64,000 bases of DNA. Source: Gammaproteobacteria bacterium (GTDB lineage Bacteria; Pseudomonadota; Gammaproteobacteria; G965277405). A model generated the notes under the pieces. It searched no databases. It saw nothing but the letters and a program-made list of their open reading frames with translations, and had not been told where the DNA came from. Every line of letters starts with the position of its first letter. Positions within the stretch are counted from its first letter, which is position 1. Made by a program: the position numbers and the translations under genes. Positions 31,495 through 42,776 of this stretch are shown one piece after another. Where the stretch lies: assembly GCA_965277405.1 (NCBI GenBank), contig OZ255726.1, forward strand, positions 1,376,001 to 1,440,000, written 5' to 3'.

Positions 31495-32433
31495 GTGCAT
31501 AATCGGATTATAGAAATAACGAGCGACAGAGTGTATATCAGCGCTGAGCGTGGTTTTTTGAGAATGACTAGGCAAAAAGAATTACTTGGTAAAGTTGCGC
31601 TCGACGATATATCAGGGGTTATCATCCGTGGCTACGGGGCTACAATATCTGCGAATATTTGTGCACATCTTGCTGCATCTCATGTACCAATTATAATTTG
31701 CGGCAGTGATCAACTGCCAGCAAGCGTAGTATGGCCAATTAATGGGAATTTTCAGCAAGGTATTCATATGCAGGCTCAGGCAGATGCTAAAAAGCCGTTG
31801 TGTAAGAGACTTTGGTCAGCATTGGTGCAAGCAAAAATTACCAATCAAGCGTTGGTTCTTGGCTACGATGGCAAAGAAAATGCAGACGTATTAGCAATGG
31901 CAGCGCGGGTAAAATCAGGCGATGCTGATAATGTAGAGGCACAAGCAGCAAGACGATATTGGAAACGTCTACTAGGTAGTGATTTTAAACGTGACCGGCA
32001 ACAACACGGTATTAACGCCGCATTGAATTATGGGTATACAGTATTGCGTGCAGCAACCGCCCGCTCAATTTTGGTGGCTGGACTGCATCCATCGCTTTCC
32101 ATCCACCATCAAAGCCGTGGTGATGCGCTACGATTGGCTGATGACTTAATGGAACCATTTCGCCCATTTGTAGACTTGGTTGTGTTGGGGCTAGTAACAG
32201 CACAGCAAACGGCGCAAGATATTGAACTAAACAAAGAGACAAAATCCAGACTGGTAGCAGTGTTATCGCTAGACTTGAAGAGTTGTAAAGGAACAAGCCC
32301 GTTACAACTGTGCCTTGACCGCCTCGCACAATCACTGGTTGCTGTATTTATGGGGCAACAGACAAAGTTAGAACTACCACAAGCACCATTTGCCTTGCAT
32401 AGTTTAATAAAAAGCAACCCAGAGCAGTTATAA
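31495..32433 (+). CDS. cas1: Cas1 (type II)
   Basis: KI.NQ, SGD..N.EAQAARRYW, NAALNYGY.VLR, LADDLMEPFRP. Confidence 0.97.
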   Translation: MHNRIIEITSDRVYISAERGFLRMTRQKELLGKVALDDISGVIIRGYGATISANICAHLAASHVPIIICGSDQLPASVVWPINGNFQQGIHMQAQADAKKPLCKRLWSALVQAKITNQALVLGYDGKENADVLAMAARVKSGDADNVEAQAARRYWKRLLGSDFKRDRQQHGINAALNYGYTVLRAATARSILVAGLHPSLSIHHQSRGDALRLADDLMEPFRPFVDLVVLGLVTAQQTAQDIELNKETKSRLVAVLSLDLKSCKGTSPLQLCLDRLAQSLVAVFMGQQTKLELPQAPFALHSLIKSNPEQL

Positions 32434-32434
32434 T

Positions 32435-32779
32435 ATGCACCAAGAAACGACACACTTAAATGGATATAGACTGATGTGGGTTATGGTTTTGTTTGATTTA
32501 CCGACAACGACACCCGAAGAACGGCGGGCATATACTTTATTTCGCGCACATTTGCTAGATCAAGCATTCGAAATGGCACAATACTCAGTATACGTGCGCC
32601 ATACATCAGGTAAAGATGCCGCGAAAGCTATCATACGCAGAATAACTGTATCTGTGCCGGCAGAAGGCAAGGTTGACATTTTGCAGTTCACCGACAAGCA
32701 GTATGCAAACATAATCTGTCTAAGAGGAAAACGTAGAGCATATTCGCCAAAAAACCCCGAACAATTGGTGATGTTTTGA
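32435..32779 (+). CDS. cas2: Cas2
   Basis: YRLMW..VLFDLP, FR..LL, M.QYSVY, TDKQY. Confidence 0.97.
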   Translation: MHQETTHLNGYRLMWVMVLFDLPTTTPEERRAYTLFRAHLLDQAFEMAQYSVYVRHTSGKDAAKAIIRRITVSVPAEGKVDILQFTDKQYANIICLRGKRRAYSPKNPEQLVMF

Positions 32780-32783
32780 TGAA

Positions 32784-32827
32784 AACCGAGGATATTTTAA
32801 TAAGAATTCTATTAAAAAACCTCGGTT
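32784..32827. terminator. Inverted repeat between cas2 and the array; likely terminator for convergent transcripts
   Basis: AACCGAGG..TTTTAATA / TATTAAAA..CCTCGGTT. Confidence 0.55.
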
Positions 32828-32851
32828 ATTCAACGATATAGCTGCAAGCTA

Positions 32852-35800
32852 AGTATAGCACTCTGGAAAATGAAAGCCAACCGCAACACAAGGGTTGGCT
32901 TATTGCTACACTTGTGTAGTATAGCACTCTGGAAAATGAAAGCCAACCGCAACATATGGGTAGCAGTTTAGCTTGATTTGGATAGTATAGCACTCTGGAA
33001 AATGAAAGCCAACCGCAACACACGCAGAGCTCTTGCGCACTTCTCACTTAGTATAGCACTCTGGAAAATGAAAGCCAACCGCAACGGAATGATAGGTAGT
33101 AATGTCCGCGGCATGAGTATAGCACTCTGGAAAATGAAAGCCAACCGCAACTTTCCACCTCTTTTAACCCCCTATATCTTGAGTATAGCACTCTGGAAAA
33201 TGAAAGCCAACCGCAACACATCATCCCATGCGTCCGTAAAACGATTTAGTATAGCACTCTGGAAAATGAAAGCCAACCGCAACACCCGTCGTCGCTATAA
33301 GTAGATTCTGGAAAGTATAGCACTCTGGAAAATGAAAGCCAACCGCAACAAAAATGAATGAACTCCCTTATAAACTATAAGTATAGCACTCTGGAAAATG
33401 AAAGCCAACCGCAACAACTTCTTTCATAGATAAAAGATATTCGTTAGTATAGCACTCTGGAAAATGAAAGCCAACCGCAACCTATATAAATTTTGCTGCC
33501 TTTTTTTATATAGTATAGCACTCTGGAAAATGAAAGCCAACCGCAACCCGATACACCAGCAGCACTTTTGGTGCATTAGTATAGCACTCTGGAAAATGAA
33601 AGCCAACCGCAACATGTGTTTTAAACTTACGTCCGCCAGTTTTAGTATAGCACTCTGGAAAATGAAAGCCAACCGCAACCTAATTTGTGCCCAACCATTG
33701 GCAGATGACAGTATAGCACTCTGGAAAATGAAAGCCAACCGCAACTGCTTTAAAACCCAACGATACACAACTTTAAGTATAGCACTCTGGAAAATGAAAG
33801 CCAACCGCAACCGAACGTGGCGCAATAAAATTAAAAAGCGGAGTATAGCACTCTGGAAAATGAAAGCCAACCGCAACTTTACCCCGCTTTCGGTGGTTAA
33901 AGGCTTAAGTATAGCACTCTGGAAAATGAAAGCCAACCGCAACGTGCACCACTGCCGCCGTGCCAAAATACGCAGTATAGCACTCTGGAAAATGAAAGCC
34001 AACCGCAACAGTGCTTTAGGGTTTTAAAACCAAATGGAAAGTATAGCACTCTGGAAAATGAAAGCCAACCGCAACCAACGCATCACGAGGGTTTGCATAT
34101 TCTAAAGTATAGCACTCTGGAAAATGAAAGCCAACCGCAACAGACCTTTATTAAAAACCTCTTGCTTGACAAGTATAGCACTCTGGAAAATGAAAGCCAA
34201 CCGCAACACTTGGCACCTCGATTTTAAATATTGAAAAGTATAGCACTCTGGAAAATGAAAGCCAACCGCAACAATGAGCAAGTGGAACATCACGCTAGCG
34301 TAGTATAGCACTCTGGAAAATGAAAGCCAACCGCAACCAAAAACAGCTATCTTCCCTAAGCGCGGAGAGTATAGCACTCTGGAAAATGAAAGCCAACCGC
34401 AACTCAAAACGAGTTTGGTAATCTGGTTCTTTGAGTATAGCACTCTGGAAAATGAAAGCCAACCGCAACATTCTGTGCAGTCTGCCACCCTAATGATTAA
34501 GTATAGCACTCTGGAAAATGAAAGCCAACCGCAACATGGGTTACGTCGCTGCCAATTTCTTGCGGAGTATAGCACTCTGGAAAATGAAAGCCAACCGCAA
34601 CTCACGGCGTTTTGTGTGATTTGCGATTGTGAGTATAGCACTCTGGAAAATGAAAGCCAACCGCAACTGAAACTCAGCAGACTTTCTGTCACCGCCCAGT
34701 ATAGCACTCTGGAAAATGAAAGCCAACCGCAACTGCCTGCGAGAAGAATATGAACCATTAAAAAGTATAGCACTCTGGAAAATGAAAGCCAACCGCAACT
34801 CCATCCGCCGCACAGGCTCATACACAGCTAGTATAGCACTCTGGAAAATGAAAGCCAACCGCAACAACCAAACCCCTGGTTGCTCATTCTCTATAAGTAT
34901 AGCACTCTGGAAAATGAAAGCCAACCGCAACTGCAACTAGTTCAGCCTTGTATTTTCTTTCAGTATAGCACTCTGGAAAATGAAAGCCAACCGCAACCAT
35001 CGCCTTAAACACCCCAGTTGCCAACGAAGTATAGCACTCTGGAAAATGAAAGCCAACCGCAACACTTTGGGACGAATGGAGCCAGACAAGCGCAGTATAG
35101 CACTCTGGAAAATGAAAGCCAACCGCAACCTACCAATGATTTCTTCGTGCGTCACGTCGAGTATAGCACTCTGGAAAATGAAAGCCAACCGCAACTGGAA
35201 TGTATGATTGTGATGTTCATGATGCAGTATAGCACTCTGGAAAATGAAAGCCAACCGCAACCCAACAACCTGCCATTGGGCGCTCCAATCGAGTATAGCA
35301 CTCTGGAAAATGAAAGCCAACCGCAACTTTGGCGTTCGCCGATATATCGCCATGAACAGTATAGCACTCTGGAAAATGAAAGCCAACCGCAACGCTATCG
35401 TGGGTTCTATTGCATTTGCTGCAAGTATAGCACTCTGGAAAATGAAAGCCAACCGCAACAGAAAACAATCTAACGTCGGTAAAAATATCAGTATAGCACT
35501 CTGGAAAATGAAAGCCAACCGCAACGCTTATACCACATGGCGGCCAAGCGCATGGAGTATAGCACTCTGGAAAATGAAAGCCAACCGCAACAAATGTCAA
35601 TTTGCGCCAATGTTCTCAATAAGTATAGCACTCTGGAAAATGAAAGCCAACCGCAACTGCCAATGATTTGTTTAAGCGCAATTGCCGAGTATAGCACTCT
35701 GGAAAATGAAAGCCAACCGCAACTTAAAAAATGAACGAACTCCCTTATAAACTAGTATAGCACTCTGGAAAATGAAAGCCAACCGCAACCTAAAATCCCT

Positions 35801-38800
35801 GCATTCATCAGGGTTATGCAGTATAGCACTCTGGAAAATGAAAGCCAACCGCAACCTCGAATTAGAACAAGCCACGGTTGAAGTCAGTATAGCACTCTGG
35901 AAAATGAAAGCCAACCGCAACCTAAAATCCCTGCATTCATCAGGGTTATGCAGTATAGCACTCTGGAAAATGAAAGCCAACCGCAACCTCGAATTAGAAC
36001 AAGTCACGGTTGAAGTCAGTATAGCACTCTGGAAAATGAAAGCCAACCGCAACTTCTGCTACCACGTCTTGCACGCAGTAGGCAGTATAGCACTCTGGAA
36101 AATGAAAGCCAACCGCAACAGAGCCATCTGTTAATCCATGGGCTAACGCAGTATAGCACTCTGGAAAATGAAAGCCAACCGCAACTGGCGTCGACCTTGA
36201 CGCCTTTGCCGTATTAGTATAGCACTCTGGAAAATGAAAGCCAACCGCAACCAAAGGATAGCTAACGTCATCCCCCTGATTAGTATAGCACTCTGGAAAA
36301 TGAAAGCCAACCGCAACGTTTATTAAGCGTATCAATAGCTGACGCGCAGTATAGCACTCTGGAAAATGAAAGCCAACCGCAACTTACAGTGAATTCGCAG
36401 CGGTCGGGAGATTAGTATAGCACTCTGGAAAATGAAAGCCAACCGCAACAGTTCTATAAAATGTACCATTTGTGGACGGAGTATAGCACTCTGGAAAATG
36501 AAAGCCAACCGCAACTTCTGCTACCACGTCTTGCACGCAGTAGGCAGTATAGCACTCTGGAAAATGAAAGCCAACCGCAACTGGCGTCGACCTTGACGCC
36601 TTTGCCGTATTAGTATAGCACTCTGGAAAATGAAAGCCAACCGCAACCAAAGGATAGCTAACGTCATCCCCCTGATTAGTATAGCACTCTGGAAAATGAA
36701 AGCCAACCGCAACGTTTATTAAGCGTATCAATAGCTGACGCGCAGTATAGCACTCTGGAAAATGAAAGCCAACCGCAACCTATGCTGCAAAATGCCGCTG
36801 CGCCTAGGCAGTATAGCACTCTGGAAAATGAAAGCCAACCGCAACCAACCGTTTTAATAGTGCCTAAAGCCATTTAGTATAGCACTCTGGAAAATGAAAG
36901 CCAACCGCAACCAACCGTTTTAATAGTGCCTAAAGCCATTTAGTATAGCACTCTGGAAAATGAAAGCCAACCGCAACAAAGGTCGTAAATAGGCTATCAG
37001 TTGCCCCAGTATAGCACTCTGGAAAATGAAAGCCAACCGCAACTATGAAAGGCGTTATTGCAATGTTTATTGCAGTATAGCACTCTGGAAAATGAAAGCC
37101 AACCGCAACCTAAACAGTTGTAAGTAGTCCACCCACCCCAGTATAGCACTCTGGAAAATGAAAGCCAACCGCAACCCGCCTGCGGCGGTGACCACATACC
37201 AATTAAGTATAGCACTCTGGAAAATGAAAGCCAACCGCAACTTTGCTTTGTAAGGTAATACGGATTCCAGCAGTATAGCACTCTGGAAAATGAAAGCCAA
37301 CCGCAACCAACCGTTTTAATAGTGCCTAAAGCCATTTAGTATAGCACTCTGGAAAATGAAAGCCAACCGCAACCAGGCGGCTGGTCGTTATTGGGTGGCG
37401 GATAGTATAGCACTCTGGAAAATGAAAGCCAACCGCAACTAACAAGCGACGTTTCCCACCAATGCATGGAGTATAGCACTCTGGAAAATGAAAGCCAACC
37501 GCAACAAAGGTCGTAAATAGGCTATCAGTTGCCCCAGTATAGCACTCTGGAAAATGAAAGCCAACCGCAACCTTCAGCTAACACGCGTTTAGCAATCGAA
37601 CAGTATAGCACTCTGGAAAATGAAAGCCAACCGCAACAACGGACACTGTCATGAGTAACCCTCCAAAAGTATAGCACTCTGGAAAATGAAAGCCAACCGC
37701 AACTAGCGAGGAGTAGGCTACTGTTTGCCGCCCAGTATAGCACTCTGGAAAATGAAAGCCAACCGCAACAAATGTCAATTTGCGCCAATGTTCTCAATAA
37801 GTATAGCACTCTGGAAAATGAAAGCCAACCGCAACATGCGGAGTGTCATAAAATCGCAGACGAATAGTATAGCACTCTGGAAAATGAAAGCCAACCGCAA
37901 CTGCCTACTGGTTCAATAATTTCAATGGCAAAGTATAGCACTCTGGAAAATGAAAGCCAACCGCAACTTCCACATGAAAATGCGTCGGTATGCATTAGTA
38001 TAGCACTCTGGAAAATGAAAGCCAACCGCAACAGTTTATGCCTTGTTATGTGTTTCATTTTAAGTATAGCACTCTGGAAAATGAAAGCTAACCGCAACCT
38101 CTCATTGATGATGTTGAATGTTTGCGGGAGTATAGCACTCTGGAAAATGAAAGCCAACCGCAACTTGTTGAGCAAATTACAATATATAATTACGAGTATA
38201 GCACTCTGGAAAATGAAAGCCAACCGCAACCTTTTTGACGCCATCGACCGAATCGCAGTAAGTATAGCACTCTGGAAAATGAAAGCCAACCGCAACTAAA
38301 TTGTTCAGTGGGGTGCTGGGGAATTCAGTATAGCACTCTGGAAAATGAAAGCCAACCGCAACCCATTCTCAAGAAGCTAATTGGCTGGGCTGAGTATAGC
38401 ACTCTGGAAAATGAAAGCCAACCGCAACTATCGCTCATATTTTCATTTGCCACATACCAGTATAGCACTCTGGAAAATGAAAGCCAACCGCAACCTGCGC
38501 CACGTTTAAGTTTTACGTATGCTTAGTATAGCACTCTGGAAAATGAAAGCCAACCGCAACTGATGGCCCGCACTACCAGCTTTCTTGGAAAGTATAGCAC
38601 TCTGGAAAATGAAAGCCAACCGCAACAACGCTTCATGAGGATTCGTGTATTCTAATAGTATAGCACTCTGGAAAATGAAAGCCAACCGCAACCCTTGGGT
38701 CTCAGAAGGATTTGGTACGTGTAGTATAGCATTCTGGAAAATGAAAGCCAACCGCAACCTGTCAAGTTAACGTGAGTCCTGCCTGCCAAGTATAGCACTC

Positions 38801-39712
38801 TGGAAAATGAAAGCCAACCGCAACCAGGCGTTTTAATAGTGCCTAAAGCCATTTAGTATAGCACTCTGGAAAATGAAAGCCAACCGCAACCTACGCTAAA
38901 TACGTTTTAAACATCGACAAGAGTATAGCACTCTGGAAAATGAAAGCCAACCGCAACATTTGCCACAAACGAAGGTGGCAATTATGGAGTATAGCACTCT
39001 GGAAAATGAAAGCCAACCGCAACTGAGGTTGGTGGTGTAGGTTGTGGCGATACAGTATAGCACTCTGGAAAATGAAAGCCAACCGCAACAAAACGCAACG
39101 CAGGGAGCACAGGCAATGCAGTATAGCACTCTGGAAAATGAAAGCCAACCGCAACAAAGCCACGGACGACGAAATAAGCTTGGTTAGTATAGCACTCTGG
39201 ATAATGAAAGCCAACCGCAACCGTGGTAGCTAAAGACAAATTAGCTACTGGAGTATAGCACTCTGGAAAATGAAAGCCAACCGCAACATGACGATAAAAG
39301 GCAAAGCACGTCTTGCCAAGTATAGCACTCTGGAAAATGAAAGCAAACCGCAACAGTTACAGCAGTCCGCACTAACTCGTTTACAGTATAGCACTCTGGA
39401 AAATGAAAGCCAACCGCAACACCAAAACATACGACAGAACACTTGATAAAGTATAGCACCCTGGAAAATGAAAGCCAACCGCAACCGATTATCTGTTGGG
39501 GCAACTGATAGCCTAAGTATAGCACTCTGGAAAATGAAAGCCAACCGCAACAGATTTACAGGCGTTCGGAGTGTTGGTATAAGTATAGCACTCTGGAAAA
39601 TGAAAGCCAACCGCAACCACTCTAACAAAACTAATAGATATTTTTGTAGTATAGAACTCTGGAAAATGAAAGCCAACCGCAACAGCCTGGGTGAATGAAA
39701 GCCAACCGCAAC
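32852..39712 (-). CRISPR. CRISPR array: 104 full 36-bp repeats, 103 spacers of 29-31 bp, plus a truncated terminal unit
   Basis: Repeat (minus strand) GTTGCGGTTGGCTTTCATTTTCCAGAGTGCTATACT; manual count; orientation from tracrRNA complementarity and the TGCTATACT extended -10. Confidence 0.98.
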
Positions 39713-39725
39713 TAAGTTTACTTAA

Positions 39726-40975
39726 GGAACCTCTGATTAAGTCCCAAACAACAGCAATATCAGCTAGAAAGATATACAATGGTGAATCTATTTGAATATT
39801 TGAATAAGCGGATAATCTTATGAAACAAAGAACTTTTGCCAGTGCTGCATACGACCACAAGAAAGTAACAACGAAACCAAAAAAAATTCTTGCAATTGAT
39901 GGACAAATTAGCTCCGTGTTAGGGTTAATAGCGGTTGTTAGCGTTAATTTAGCGTTAATAGAACCGCATTATCCCAAGAAAGGGAATGGCCAGGACTACC
40001 AATTAATATGCAGACCATGTTACGCGTTTATTGTTTACAGCAATGGTACAACTTATCAGACCCAGGGGTAGAAGAAGCACTATATGACATGGAAAGCATG
40101 CGGCGTTTTGCCCATATAGAGCTGATAGACGATGCCATCCCTGATGAAACCACCATCTTGAACTTGCCCGCAGGGTCATACAAAATCATCAACTCAGCGT
40201 CAAGATACTTGCTGTGGTGAATGAGTATTTTATGGAAAATAATATAACAATCTCACAAGGGACGATGGTTGATGCCACGACCATCAATGCGCCATCATCT
40301 ACGAAGAATAAAGAGAAAAAACGGGATCCTGAAATGCATCAAACCCGCAAAGGCAATCAGTGGTATTTTGGCATGAAGATTCATATAGGAACTGACGCTA
40401 ATAGCAATATGATGCATAGCGCGGCAATGCCTACCACCACAGCCGCGAATGAAGCGGACATCAATGAACTCCCCAAATTGCTGCGTGAAACAGATAAGGT
40501 TATCTTTGCCGATGCAGGATATACGAGCGACAGTTATAAACGCGGCTCGCGTCACCTTGGGATAGATTGGCGCGTGAATGATAAACGTAAACCAAAGCAG
40601 CAAATGAGCGGCTCGCAGCGCCAACGCAATACACAGAACTCTAATGCGCGCCCGGATTGAGCACTGTTTTCGGGTAATCAAATGTCAGTTTGGTTATAAG
40701 AAAGCTCGCTACAAAGGACTAGAAAAGAATCGAGTACAAGTATTTTCTTTGCTTGCATTGACGAACTTATACATGCTGCGCGGACGACTAACGGGATAGA
40801 ACCGCCCAAAATTCAAGAAAAACAGTAAAAAACAATAAAAACAGTAAAAAACAGTAAAACAGCAACACGAAGATCAGCGAAATGATCAAATATTGACCAT
40901 TGAAAATTATTGCTATTATTTTTTTGGAGTATATGCGAGTTATTGGAGTATATGAGCGTCTTAATCAGAGCTTCC
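39726..40975 (+). mobile_element. IS5-family element, multiply frameshifted
   Basis: TIRs present; fragments 39820-40071, 40008-40220, 40214-40660; flanks TTAA/TTAG do not match. Confidence 0.92.
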
Positions 40976-41726
40976 TTAGTAAATCTCCCTGCTGAGGAAG
41001 GCTCTTCAGCAACCTGTCATCTTTCATGCTTGCAAAAACTTTTGCAAGGTTGGCTATGTTGGTTGATCTGCTCTTTGCTAACTTCAATGCTCCCAAATTC
41101 AATAGGAGCTGATTACCACGCGCATCCACAGACATGTCCTGATATTGAGCAACGTATAAAGGCAGGCCAGATTTCAGAGTTTCTTTTCCAGCATTTAATG
41201 TGCCGCCTTTTTCTCCTGCCTCAATGACAATCATCACCCGACTGAGCGCAATGATTAGTTGGTTGCGTCTCATAGCCCTAAATGCTTGCCACGGCGCGCC
41301 TAGCTCAAACTGGCTTACCACCAAAACCCGCTCCCAATTCCAAACAGGTTGAAGCATTCTTTTAATTTTGAAATGATTGATACCTTCAGGTAGGACAAAA
41401 ATGGTTTTGCCACCAGCTTTCAGGCAATTGTAGTGGGCCTTAAAATCAACGCCCGCGGCGTTCCCAGAAACCACAGACACATTGTTATGTGCTGCTTGAT
41501 CTGCACAATCCCGTGCTGTTTCCAACCCTTTCTGGCTTGATTTGCGTGACCCACAAAAACCCAGACCCGCCATATTCAGCAGGTCGCTGTTGCCGACCAT
41601 ATCCAGATGCTTAGGCGCTGTATTGCCCATGATAATCTTCACCCGTTGCGGATATAGCGCATCATCAAGCTCAACCCTGAACGGTCTCCTATCAATATTT
41701 TTGTTGTCAAAGGTCAAATCACTCAT
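40965..41726 (-). CDS. DprA/Smf Rossmann-domain protein (ShosA-like); stop codon supplied by the IS end
   Basis: CGSR, VVSG.A.GVD..AH, GGKTI.VL, RN.LI.ALS, VIEAG.KGGT; lacks the extra domains of competence DprA. Confidence 0.88.
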   Translation of the reverse strand: MSDLTFDNKNIDRRPFRVELDDALYPQRVKIIMGNTAPKHLDMVGNSDLLNMAGLGFCGSRKSSQKGLETARDCADQAAHNNVSVVSGNAAGVDFKAHYNCLKAGGKTIFVLPEGINHFKIKRMLQPVWNWERVLVVSQFELGAPWQAFRAMRRNQLIIALSRVMIVIEAGEKGGTLNAGKETLKSGLPLYVAQYQDMSVDARGNQLLLNLGALKLAKSRSTNIANLAKVFASMKDDRLLKSLPQQGDLLRKL

Positions 41727-41729
41727 GCT

Positions 41730-42548
41730 CTATTCATTGTCCGTATCACGCAATGTTTTAACAAAGCTACACCCGTACACTTCCTTCGCCCCAGCTTGCT
41801 GTAGCTTCATTGCGATATATTGAATTGTCATTCCTGACTGGTATATGTCATCAATTAGGATTACCGTTTTATTATTCACATTGAATGCATGACTGTTATG
41901 AAAGGTGACTTTAGCGTCTTCCCAATTATTCCACTTCTCATCAAATTTAGAATCCTTCACAAATGATTTTTGCCCTGTAAAAACAAAGCCGCCTGTTACA
42001 TCTTGTTTAGCTGTTTTTGTGCTCACAAGTGACGTTACGCTACTAGGCAGGTCAAAGTCCTTAGCTGGACTTGCTGGCACTGAGCAAATTAAATCGGCAT
42101 CTTGGAAATAAGGTAGGTCTTGGATGACTTGTGAAACTGTATCTGCGAGCTCATTTATGGAATTTTGATCCATTTTGTGTTTGCCATCATCCACAAGGTC
42201 TCCCGTCTTAGTACGTTTGCGCGAAGAATTGTCAGTGAAGTTTGTGTCGAGAGCAACACTGAGCGATAAGCAGCCACGCAAATAAATCAGATTACCTTGC
42301 TTTGCTTCCCATTTTTCAACGGTTTTAATTTCCTTTTGGTTAAGATAACGCCAATAATTCTCATATTCTTGGCTTTCTTTGAGATCTAATCCTGTTTGCT
42401 CTTCAAAGACTTTTTTTGCAGATTCGATTGCCACAGAAAAAGTTGGCTTATCTTTATCTTTTTGAACCCCAGAATTACCTGCAAAGCATTTTCTTCGTGG
42501 CTTCAGCTTATGAGCGGCGAGAACGGCATCTTTTGTGATTTCTTTCAT
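41730..42548 (-). CDS. ComF-like phosphoribosyltransferase (ShosT-like)
   Basis: VILIDDIYQSG.T PRPP-binding loop, L..AGA.EV, ICSVPAS; 3 bp upstream of the DprA gene. Confidence 0.8.
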   Translation of the reverse strand: MKEITKDAVLAAHKLKPRRKCFAGNSGVQKDKDKPTFSVAIESAKKVFEEQTGLDLKESQEYENYWRYLNQKEIKTVEKWEAKQGNLIYLRGCLSLSVALDTNFTDNSSRKRTKTGDLVDDGKHKMDQNSINELADTVSQVIQDLPYFQDADLICSVPASPAKDFDLPSSVTSLVSTKTAKQDVTGGFVFTGQKSFVKDSKFDEKWNNWEDAKVTFHNSHAFNVNNKTVILIDDIYQSGMTIQYIAMKLQQAGAKEVYGCSFVKTLRDTDNE

Positions 42549-42564
42549 CTTAAAAAACTTCCTT

Positions 42565-42776
42565 ATGTTAACTTGATGCCTTTTTTTTCTCTTGCTGCGA
42601 TGTACAGCTAATTATTTCATTCTTCTGCAATCACCTTGTACGACCTACTTTGAAGCTAGGTACTTTACCATCAACTACAAAATCGATACCATCAACTGCA
42701 AATCAATAAGTAAGTTTTCTTACATTTTAAGATAATCGGCGAGTTCTGTCAAGGTCATAATGTCATTATTGGGCAT
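42565..42776 (-). pseudogene. Excisionase-type (HTH_17) DNA-binding gene remnant
   Basis: Manual translation MPNNDIMTLTELADYLKM*...DGKVPSFKVG with stops, a frameshift and an internal duplication; GAAGGA RBS. Confidence 0.65.

Noticed and set aside
32826-39860. Many ORFs with repeated peptides (LRLAFIFQSAIL, SIALWKMKANRN)
   Set aside because: Artefacts of the 66-bp CRISPR period being a multiple of three; not treated as genes
40965-42548. Interpretation as competence genes dprA and comF
   Set aside because: Both lack the accessory domains of the competence proteins and sit as a tight pair in a defence/mobile context
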